Shown here: positions 38,039-49,334 of the stretch, one piece after another
Numbering within the stretch: the stretch's first letter is position 1
Layout: each line of letters starts with the position of its first letter
Assembly: GCA_964016885.1 (NCBI GenBank)
Contig: OZ024747.1
Location: forward strand, 49,786,001-49,850,000
DNA: 64,000 bases
Direction of reading: 5' to 3'
From: Eledone cirrhosa
Taxonomy: Eukaryota
Translations under genes and position numbers: made by a program
Notes under the pieces: model-generated
What the model saw: only the letters and a program-made list of their open reading frames with translations
The model's database searches: none
What the model was told of the DNA's origin: nothing

Positions 38039-40231
38039 GTGACCTGGTGGTGGAACAGCAGTGTAGATAAGTTCTTACGTGACAACTTGCTGAAGGCTAC
38101 TGATGAAACCTGTGGCTGGAGCAGAGCTCCAACCAGACAGAGAGTGACCTGGTGGTGGAACAGCAGTGTAGATAAGGCTATTAGAGACAAAAGACTAGCA
38201 TGGAAGGCTTGGAATAAGGGTGGGAGTAGGGAAGAATATACAGCCACTAAGAGAGAAGCTAGACGTCAGGTGTACTTAGCACGCAGGGAGGCAGAGAGTA
38301 GGAGGTTTGCCAATGTTCTGCGACGGGAAGATCAGAGGCGTGCGGTGTTCCACATTGCAAGGCAGTGTGTCAATGCAAATCAGGATGTTGTTGGTGATAA
38401 ATGTGTCCGGGATGATGCCGGTGTACTTAGTGTCACGAATGACCAGAAAAAGGAGGCCTGGAAATGTCATTATGAGAGACTGATGAATGTGGAGAACGAA
38501 TGGGAGAGAGAGAAATTACCCTTGGTAGATCCGACAGAGGGACCAGCTATTGAGATTGACGAATATAGGGTCCAAGAGACGATTAGGGAAATGAAAAATG
38601 GTAAGGCGGCCGGACCATCGGGAATAGTTGCTGAGATGCTGAAGGCATCAGGGGACGTAGGCACTAAACTGGTTGCACGCATAATCAATCAGGCTATATA
38701 TGGTGGTGTCATACCCAAAGACTGGTGCAGCAGTATTCTCATAAATTGCTACAAAGGTAAAGGGGATGCTTTGGAGAGGAGCAATTATAGGGGTATAAAA
38801 CTGATAGATCAGGTTATGAAAGTGGCAGAAAGGATTTTAGCACAACTAATTAGAGAAAGGGTCAAACTAGATGAGATGCAGTTTGGTTTTGTGCCTGGGA
38901 AGAGTACAACAGATGCCCTCTTCTTGGTGAGACAAATGCAAGAGAGGTTCTTAGAGAAGAATAAGCCACTATACTTAGCCTTTGTTGACCTAGAGAAGGC
39001 CTTTGATAGGGTACCCCGATCTGTCATCTGGTGGTCCCTAAGGAAGCTGGGTGTTGAGGAATGGCTTGTAAGGACAGTGCAAACTTTGTACAGAGGTACT
39101 CTCAGTAAAGTCAGGGTAGGAATGGAGTTTAGTGAGGAATTCCAGATACAAGTAGGAGTACATCAGGGTTCGGTCCTCAGCCCGCTCTTGTTCATTATAG
39201 TCCTCCAAGCCATAACAGAGGAGTTTAAGACTGGCTGTCCATGGGAACTTCTCTATGCTGACGATCTGGCTCTTATGGCAGAATCAGTAGAGGAGCTAGA
39301 GAATAAATTCCGGCTATGGAAACAGCAGTTGGAAGCAAGAGGACTGAGAGTAAATCTAGCTAAGACAAAAGTGTTGATGAGTAGAAAAGAGGACAAAACC
39401 CTGATTCCGTCAGGGAAATGGCCATGTTCGATATGCAGAAAAGGAACTGGCATAAATTCTATAAAATGCACACAATGTAGGTCCTGGGTACACAAGAGAT
39501 GTAGCGGGATAGCAGGCAAACTAACAGGTAGGGAGAAATATGTATGCAGTAGATGTACAGGGAAATTAGACAGTAGAAGTCGCACTGATAGACACATTTT
39601 TCAAATGCGAGAGGGCGCTATAGAAGTGGTGGATAGCTTCCGGTACCTAGGAGATCAGATTAGCATGGGAGGAGGGTGTTCCGAGGCCATAGTATCTAGA
39701 ATAAGGACGGGTTGGAAGAAGTTTAGAGAGTTGCTTCCTCTGTTGACGAAGAAGGGTTTCTCCCTGCGTACGAAAGGCCGGTTGTATGATGCCTGTGTGA
39801 GGAGCGCGATGCTGCATGGTAGTGAGACATGGGCAGCTACCGCAGAAGATATGCGACGGCTGGAGAGAAATGAGGCAAGCATGCTCCGTTGGATGTGCAG
39901 TGTAAATGTGCGTGAACGACCCAGCATAAATGTGTTGAGAGAGAAACTGTGTCTGAGAGGGATAGAATGTAGTGTACGGGAGAGGAGACTGAGGTGGTAT
40001 GGACATGTGATGCGCATGGAGGATGACCGATGGGTGAAGAAGTGCCAGGAAATGCCAGTTGAAGGAAGACGTGGTAGAGGTAGACCACGAAAAACATGGG
40101 CGGAGGTGGTGAGAACAGACCTCAGATTATTGAAGCTCACGGTGGAGATGACGAGGGACCGTGACGAGTGGAGAGATGCTGTGCTGAATAAGACCCGTCC
40201 CACCCTTGCAAGCAGGGAAAAGCGGACGTAA
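38039..40231 (+). CDS. RTE LINE ORF, same frame: reverse transcriptase with internal PHD-type finger
   Basis: GKAAGPSGI, YRGIKL, QFGF, FVDLEKAFD, GVHQGSVLSPLLF, YADD, FRYLG, RRLRWYGHVMR, RGRPRKTW. Confidence 0.92.
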   Translation: MTWWWNSSVDKFLRDNLLKATDETCGWSRAPTRQRVTWWWNSSVDKAIRDKRLAWKAWNKGGSREEYTATKREARRQVYLARREAESRRFANVLRREDQRRAVFHIARQCVNANQDVVGDKCVRDDAGVLSVTNDQKKEAWKCHYERLMNVENEWEREKLPLVDPTEGPAIEIDEYRVQETIREMKNGKAAGPSGIVAEMLKASGDVGTKLVARIINQAIYGGVIPKDWCSSILINCYKGKGDALERSNYRGIKLIDQVMKVAERILAQLIRERVKLDEMQFGFVPGKSTTDALFLVRQMQERFLEKNKPLYLAFVDLEKAFDRVPRSVIWWSLRKLGVEEWLVRTVQTLYRGTLSKVRVGMEFSEEFQIQVGVHQGSVLSPLLFIIVLQAITEEFKTGCPWELLYADDLALMAESVEELENKFRLWKQQLEARGLRVNLAKTKVLMSRKEDKTLIPSGKWPCSICRKGTGINSIKCTQCRSWVHKRCSGIAGKLTGREKYVCSRCTGKLDSRSRTDRHIFQMREGAIEVVDSFRYLGDQISMGGGCSEAIVSRIRTGWKKFRELLPLLTKKGFSLRTKGRLYDACVRSAMLHGSETWAATAEDMRRLERNEASMLRWMCSVNVRERPSINVLREKLCLRGIECSVRERRLRWYGHVMRMEDDRWVKKCQEMPVEGRRGRGRPRKTWAEVVRTDLRLLKLTVEMTRDRDEWRDAVLNKTRPTLASREKRT

Positions 40232-40269
40232 AATGATGATGATGATGATGATGATGATATATATATATA

Positions 40270-40622
40270 TATCATCATTCATCATCATTTCATTTTACGT
40301 CTGCTTTTTCCCTGCTTGCAAGGGTGGGACGGGAACTGATTCTGGCTTGATTTCTACAGCTGGATGCCCTTCCTAACACCAACCTCATTTACAGTGAGTG
40401 CTGGGTGCTTTTTTGCCGTGGCACCTCCACGACCACTTTGCAGTGGAATGATAGGGACTGGGACCCCAGTCCCTATCATCTCATTTCTACAGCTGAGTAA
40501 ACTGGAGCAATGTGAAATAAAGTGTCTTGCTCAAGGAAACAACACATCACCCGGTCTGAGAATTGAACTCACAACCTTTCGATTGCAAGGCTAATGCTCT
40601 AACCACTAAGCCATGTGCCTCC
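40270..40622 (-). mobile_element. Full-length tRNA-head CORE-type SINE (family A) with RTE-derived tail
   Basis: Minus strand: A box TGGCTTAGTGG, B box GAGTTCAATTC, CORE-like CCTTGAGCAAGACACTT...CAGTTTACTCAGCTGTAGAAATGAG; tail near-identical to the adjacent LINE 3' end. Confidence 0.9.
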
Positions 40623-40639
40623 ACATATATATAAAGTCT

Positions 40640-40900
40640 AGAGTCTGTCTTAAGCCAGAATGCTCATTTGGCTGGCACTTATCCCGGTTTCATGGCATAA
40701 AGCAACTAAGAGTACAAGACTCCCCCTTGGACAGGATGCCAGTCCATCACAGCTATTGCTGGTACTCATTTTCAGCTGAGTATACTGCAGCAACGTGAAA
40801 TGAAGTGTTTTGCTTAAGAACACAACACGCAACTGAGGAATCGAACCCACAACATTATCATCATAAGTCCAATACCCTTACCACAAGGCCACATGCCTCC
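40640..40900 (-). mobile_element. tRNA-head CORE-type SINE with a different 3' body
   Basis: Minus: GGAGGCATGTGGCCTTGTGGTAAG...GGTTCGATTCC...CTTAAGCAAAACACTT...TGTGATGGACTGGCATCCTGTCCAAGGGG. Confidence 0.75.
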
Positions 40901-41029
40901 ATATCTATATCTATATGTCTGTGTGTGTGTGTGTTAGTGTGTATGTGCATGTGTGTGTGTGTGTTAGTGTGTATGTGCATGTGTGTGTGTGTGCATGTGA
41001 AGATACCAGATATACATAGATATTCATGA

Positions 41030-41150
41030 GGTAAAGGTATGTGGCCTGGTGTTTAGTGTGTTTTACTAACAATCGTAAAAGTTTGGGAATTGGTTCCAGC
41101 ACTAGGATGTACACTGTGTTCTTGAGCAAGATGCTTCACTTCATGTTACT
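41030..41150 (+). mobile_element. Degenerate tRNA/CORE SINE 5' fragment
   Basis: ATGTGGCCTGGTGTTTAG...GTTCTTGAGCAAGATGCTTCACTTCATGTT. Confidence 0.5.
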
Positions 41151-41439
41151 TTTCATGATAGGACTAGGGTTTCTTTAATCAAGACATCCAAGAAACCTGC
41201 CATAGGATGTAAACTGAGAGAAAGTTATAAACTCCATTTCATTTCATTTCAATAAATTGACATATGCTTTACAGAACACATCACAACTTATTTTAAAATA
41301 AGGTGTTTTATCACTGAATGTGCTCAATAAACAACTGAATATCAACAACATAGCTATGACAACAATGTCTATGCATATGAAATTGAATAGAGGGAATAAT
41401 CTCAAATATATTTAGGTATAGATATAAGTATACTCAACC

Positions 41440-41712
41440 ACATGCATGTGTCCACACAGAAACACATATCTATATCAGTACACGCATATATTTATACAGA
41501 ACTCCACATGCACACACACACACACAGAGACACATACATAAACACATATATACATGCACACACATGTACAGAGACACACATAAACAGACATACATGCACA
41601 CACACACACATACACATACACCCACACAAACAGAGACACTCACACACATATGTAAACATATTTTATATATACATATATATATTTTATATATACATTTATA
41701 TATACATTTATA
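41440..41712. repeat. Degenerate (CA)n/(TA)n tract
   Basis: Direct reading. Confidence 0.85.
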
Positions 41713-42074
41713 TTTCAAAATATACAGCTTTTGGTATTTCTGACATAAAAATAAAAATTTGTTGAGATTTGACTGAGAGCTGAAAGTTACAAAACAGAAT
41801 CTAGCAGAAACCATTTCCTCTGTTGAATATAAAAGAAATCATTGAAGAAAACAACTATTCTAATTCACAGGTGTTCTAAAAACCATATTGTTTTAAAAAT
41901 AAAAATAAACATTCTTGAAATCAAAGTTTAACTACATCTTAGTAAAGCCACTCAACATTTTCTTTACTGGTTTCAGTTAGATTGAGATTTCTGGCGTTAC
42001 GCAGTAAAACAAGACCCGACTTCCCACGGGTACAAGCCGAAGTTGAAACATATAGACAGAATACCCCCACCCCT

Positions 42075-42350
42075 CCCACTGTAAAGTGGTCATGTAGGCG
42101 TCACGACAAAAAGCACCCAGACCACACTGTATAGTGGCTGTGTAGGTGCCATGATAAAAAGCACCCAGTACTCACTGTAAATGAGGTTGATGTTAGGAAG
42201 GGCATCCAGCTGTAGAAATCAAGCCAAAATCAGTTCTGTATGAGCAAGACATGGTCACCTGACCTGGCATTGCTCACAACAGGAGAACTTGTCTAACCCA
42301 TGCTAGCGTGGAAAAATGGATGTAAAACGGTGATGATGATGATGATGATG
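42075..42350 (+). mobile_element. Headless family A SINE with 48-bp internal tandem repeat
   Basis: CACTGTA recurs at 42077, 42125 and 42173 (period 48), followed by AGGAAGGGCATCCAGCTGTAGAAA and a (GAT)n tail. Confidence 0.85.
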
Positions 42351-43857
42351 AAACTAGGACACTACCTTTACTGGTTTCAGTAATTTGACAGTGGCCACAT
42401 TGGGACATTGTCAATTTCAAAGTGAAAGTAAGTATGCAATCTTGGGGCCAGCTAAACCTACATATGAGTTGTAACAATAACAACAACAATATATACTACA
42501 GTATTGTGCAAAAGTCACATTCTTTGGACTATTTCTTAAAGGTTAAATGTATGGAGTCAACTATTACATTGATACTGCTTTTGAGGGGTTAGAATTCATG
42601 TTAGAATGTTTTACAATATGAAACTGATAGTAATACTATAATATTGATACATGTTGGCCTTGCTGTTATAACAGCATCAACAATGTCAACAACAACAATT
42701 GAGAAATACTCAGCTCTCATCATTAATCAATCAATAATTACCAGCTTATACAAATGTTGGTTAAATTATCTGACACATTGAAAACATATAAAGAGATATC
42801 ACTTCAGCAATAATCACAACCTAAAAGAAGGAAATGATCAAAAGCTGCTGAAATCAATCACATATACATCAAATCTATTCAATTACTTTCCTTCATCACA
42901 GAACTGTGTTACATATGTCCTCCTTCGTCTGTATGTAATATTTCAGTTATTATATTAAGCTATAGTTCAATGTTTATTATGTCATACTACAGACAATGGC
43001 AATAAACAAATTTCTAGCAAAATAATTCTTTTGATATTGAATGGTTTGAAACTGCATTATGAAACTGTTTCAAAGTATTTATATTTATCTAAAACCCTTC
43101 CATTATAATATGTAAGAACCTTTGTTAAGTTATGTTCCAAAAAACACCTTAATAATTGATTCAAACAAGGCCAGCAACTTTTACGTGTCTGTGTGTGTGT
43201 GGGGGGGGGGGGGGCATTAAATCTGCCCCAGTACTTTACTGGTACTTTATTTTATTAACCCCAGAAGTATGAAAGGCACAGCTGACCTTAGCAGGATGTG
43301 AATTCAGAATGTAAAGTCTGATAACTAAATGCTACAAAGTATTTTGTCTGGTGCTCTACTGATTCTGCCAACCCACCAACATTCACCAGCTTAATGATGA
43401 GAAAGTTAGTTATATTACTAAATCCCTCTTGATTTTCAGTTATTTCCAAATTTATTTGAAAATCATATGAAATATGACAACATTAATTATAGCATAGCTA
43501 GATGATGGGTAACCTGGGGTTAAACAGAATCACCATGTTACAGATTCAGTTCAGAAGATTCCAAACTCACAAAATTTCAAAGTCATAATGCAAAAAGCTG
43601 GAACAACTACAACAAGGCATCTTATCCAACTATTTAACAATTCTACCAATCTAACACCCTGGACTGATACTTTATTTATTGGTCCTGAAGGATCAGAGAG
43701 CAAAGCTGGCCTCAGCAGGATTTTGAACTGAGCATGCAGAGGGCCAGAATAAATACTCACTGCTCTTTATTCTGACAACTTATACAACATATACACACAT
43801 ATTCTTACACACACATTCACACACATTCTTAACCTTCCCTGGACTGGTATTTTATTC

Positions 43858-44260
43858 ACTGACTTTCCATGCTAGCATGGGTTAGACAGGTTGTCCCATT
43901 AGTGGTAAGTTGGGTCAGTGATTGTGTCTTGCTCTTATAGAACTGTTTCTGGTAAGGTTTCTACAGCTGGATGCCCTTCCTAATGCCAACCACATTTACA
44001 GAGTGTGCCGGATGCTTTTTGTTGTGCACCCAGCACACACTGTAAAGTGGTCGAGTTGGAGTCATGACAAAAAGCACCCAGTCCACACTGTAAATGTGTT
44101 TGGCATTAGGGAGGGTTACCACCCATAGAACCCAAGCCAGAAACAGTTTTATATCTGCAAGACATGGTCACCTGACCCGACTTGCCTCAAATGAAACAAC
44201 TCATCTAACCCATGCTTGCATGGAAAATGGATGTTAAACGATGATGATGATCATCATCAT
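43858..44260. mobile_element. Head-to-head inverted pair of family A SINE bodies
   Basis: 43858-44020 is a minus-strand copy (CCATGCTAGCATGGGTTAGAC..., GGATGCCCTTCCTAATGCC); 44025-44260 is a plus-strand copy ending AAACGATGATGATG. Confidence 0.75.
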
Positions 44261-44908
44261 GACTCCGAACACATGAAAGGTAAAGTTGATCTCGGTGGGA
44301 TTTTGAAACCAGAATATAGAGAGCGAGAACAAATATTGCAAGGCATCTTAATTGACATTCTAACCCTTCCATCAATTTACTGCTTTGAAGTTCTTGAAGA
44401 ATGGATAAAATATTGGATTGTGTTGAAATTGGATCTGGTAACTATTGACTATTACTTACAGGTTTTGCAGGAATCTAGATAAAACAAATGGTATTCTCTA
44501 ATTTACCGATATATTGAAGGAAGACTTGCAATGCCTGCAGTTTGGTAATCAAAGTGTTGGGGAGCAATAAACTGGTTCAATTGCAAGATGTTGTTACAGT
44601 TAAGTAGAATTACATCATATATATATAAACAACGAACAGCGTAGGACACGTTTCGCACCTTTCCGACAGACCCCCCTCCCCTCCCCAGTTGATGGATGCG
44701 AATCCGAAATATATAGGGACAATTAAATCTCTCCCAAGGTAACTCTATCTCGTGTTATTATTTTTATCCTTTACGCTCTTTCCTACATTCTTCTACACGC
44801 TACACATCTCACCCTACATTCACTTACATCTCTCTCTCCACCACCGGATCTTGTTACCCGGAGATTTACCCATCTACATTGTTGAGGCTTCCAAAACGAC
44901 CTAAAGAA

Positions 44909-45052
<144 letters not shown>

Positions 45053-45092
45053 GATATTAAACAAATGGAAACTATATTTATAAAACCATATT

Positions 45093-45158
45093 TATTTCAT
45101 TATACATATTTCGGGGATACCATATTAAAAATATGGCATGCCTTCTTCAGATAAAATA
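45093..45158 (-). ncRNA. Type I hammerhead ribozyme motif at the 3' end of the Penelope-like element
   Basis: Minus: TATTTTAT-CTGAAGA-aggcatgccatatt ttt aatatggtatcccc-GAAA-tatgta-TA-ATGAAATA. Confidence 0.8.
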
Positions 45159-46769
45159 CAATATATAAACAGTTTTATAAATAATTTTGACGTACCATAA
45201 ATATTGAGCAACCGTTATGTAGGAAGCCGGTTTTGGTAGTAAGATGTTTATAAATATTTAGAGTTAAGCACAGTTAAAAAGAAAGACGGAGAAACAGAAG
45301 AAATGTATGTAAAGAAAAACAGAGAGAAATAGAGAGAGATAGGGGAGAGAGAAATAGTGAGGAGGTGAAAAAAGAGAGGCAGCTGAAGGAAACAGATGAA
45401 TAATAATAATTCATCATACAAATTGAGAGATTTAGGAGGGAGGGAGTACTGTAATTATTTAGTTATAGTGTTAAGGACAGTTAGGGAGGAGACGGAGAGA
45501 AATAAAAAATGAAGAGAAAACAGAGAGAGAGAGAAAGATAGAGGTGGGGGGAAAAGAAAGAGGTAGATCAAATAATAATAATTATATAGGGGGAGGTGAA
45601 AATCAAGAGAGAAATAGGAGAGAAATAAGAGAGAAAACTTGAGAGGCAAAGTCAAAACAATAGATACATAGACTTCATCATATATAAAGAGGGAGGAGAA
45701 GAAAGAGCTATATCTAGAGAGAGGGATGATAGATTTACATCTTTACGTTATGTCCTATCAATTTGAATTATCAATTCATATGAACTGGGTAAAATAATGT
45801 AAATATCAATATTCATGAATGAGACATAGATATATAATGTGTGAAAATAATTTTGCTCAATAATGACCATATGTTTAGTTTAAAATTCTGAGGTCGATGT
45901 ACCAAAAGCTGAGATAAAACTTCAAAAAAAACGGAAATATATAAGTATATACATACACATGCATATGCACTTTCCGGAAAAGGAAAGAAAGAGATAAAGA
46001 GAAGGCCATCTCAAGTTCTAGTTGATATTATAGACATACCCATGATTTTACGTGATTAACTCTGTAATTTCTTGTTTCACAAAAAAAAAAAAAAAAATTT
46101 TTCTTGTGTTATAAAAGATTTCACTATATATATATACATAAAAAATAAACGATTAATATTCTTGCCCTCCCATACATGATTATCGTTCATGTATAGAATA
46201 TTATGCATATCTGTAACATATCCAGAACTATACCCACACATACATATAGATATATATGTATGTACACATACAGGTACATGGACAGATAAAATATACTCTG
46301 TAATCATTCCATATGCATATTAATACATATGGCCTTTGTACAGAGACAACCAGATATCTATATATCAGCACAGAAATATCAAAACGTTAAAATATTTTCA
46401 TCACTCCCTAGATTATCTCGGGCCACAAAAACACAGTATGCCCCCTATATCAACCACAGAAATCTACCCTTCCAATTTATCTGACAATATATTGCCAAGT
46501 TCATTAGAAGCAATCAGAATCAAAAAGCAAACAAAAAACCAAAAATTATTCAACAAAACTTGTTGTTCTACGGATGCTCTTATATTTAGTATAGAAGTTT
46601 ATCTTGCGTAAAATTTAATCAATAGATTGGGAGCATCTACATTTTAGAGTAGTTTAATTACATCATTAGTTTATATTTATGAAGAAGGTTTAAAAGAAAA
46701 AGTTGAAGGAATCGAAAGATTTATCGTCAGGTTTCATACATTAATTTAATATCTTAATTAATTATACTA

Positions 46770-48369
<1,600 letters not shown>

Positions 48370-48388
48370 TTTATATATGTAATGTTAT

Positions 48389-48720
48389 GGAGGCACATGG
48401 CTTAGTGGTTAGAGCATTGCCCTTGCAATCGAAAGGTTGTGAGTTCAATTCTCAGACCGGGTGATGTGTTGTTTCCTTGAGCAAGACACTTTATTTCACA
48501 TTGCTCCAGTTTACTCAGCTGTAGAAATGAGATGACAGGACTGGGGTCCCTATCATTCCACTGCAAAGTGGACGTGGAGGTGCCACGGCAAAAAAGCACC
48601 CAGCACTCACTGTAAATGAGGTTGGTGTTAGGAAGGGCATCCAGCTGTAGAAATCAAGCCAGAATCAGTTCCCATCCCACCCTGCAAGCAGGGAAAAGTG
48701 GACGTAAAGTGATGATGATG
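48389..48720 (+). mobile_element. Full-length tRNA/CORE family A SINE
   Basis: Near-identical to 40270-40622; tail TCCCACCCTGCAAGCAGGGAAAAGTGGACGTAAAGTGATGATG. Confidence 0.9.
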
Positions 48721-48918
48721 AATGTGGCCATGTAGGTAACACGGTAAAAACCTCCCAGTCCACACTGTAAGCGTGGTTGGTGTTAGGAAGGGCATCCAGC
48801 CGTAGAAAACCCGCCAGACAGTCCTATACGAGCAAGTCAACCAATCTTGCCTCAAGTGGGAAAATTCCCGTCCAAACCCATGCAAGCGTGGAAGATGGAC
48901 GTTAAATGATGATGATGA

Positions 48919-48921
<3 letters not shown>
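48721..48921 (+). mobile_element. Headless family A element directly in tandem
   Basis: Reverse complement closely matches 32248-32430; ends GGACGTTAAATGATGATG, then (TA)n. Confidence 0.85.
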
Positions 48922-48965
<44 letters not shown>

Positions 48966-49334
48966 TGTACGTATAGTATATTTGATAATATACTGTATGT
49001 TTATTTTAAAATATTTTGAAGATCATTCGCTATGAATTTTAAAGTAGTGACTATGTCAATTACTTGGTCTCAGCAAAAGCAAAGGGAAGCAATCAACAGC
49101 CATTTCTTGCTCATTAACGGTTGTCAAAATTACATATCCCTTTGCTTCTGCCGAGAGTTACAGAAGCTGGATTCTTATAGAATTCCAGTGATGTTTAAGA
49201 GCTGATAAAAGAGTGCTTGCCGATCCAGCAAAATTTAGCAATTAGTATTGGTGCTCTGAAATAGCGATGTATGTATGAATGTACGTATAGTATATTTGAT
49301 AATATACTGCATGTTTATTTAAAAACATACATAC

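Larger units (their letters stand above)
36865..40258 (+). mobile_element. Near full-length RTE-clade LINE (APE endonuclease + RT) with (GAT)n tail
   Basis: Single-ORF architecture; very short 3' UTR ending GGACGTAAAATGATGATG; the upstream region carries the family A SINE body motif (36945-37000); 5' boundary approximate. Confidence 0.9.

Noticed and set aside
37666-40278. Minus-strand ORFs overlapping the RTE LINE (and likewise at 61991-63997)
   Set aside because: Antisense shadows of the LINE coding sequence with no recognisable motifs.
44682-44719. Active hammerhead TCCC-CAGTTGA-t-GGATgcgaATCC-GAAA-tata-TA-GGGA
   Set aside because: Stems fit but the core has two substitutions (CAGTTGA vs CTGATGA); counted only as a degenerate relic.
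48389-48470. tRNA gene
   Set aside because: A/B boxes present but no proper cloverleaf or acceptor stem; continues into CORE and tail, so it is a SINE head (same for 40622, 55913, 60013).
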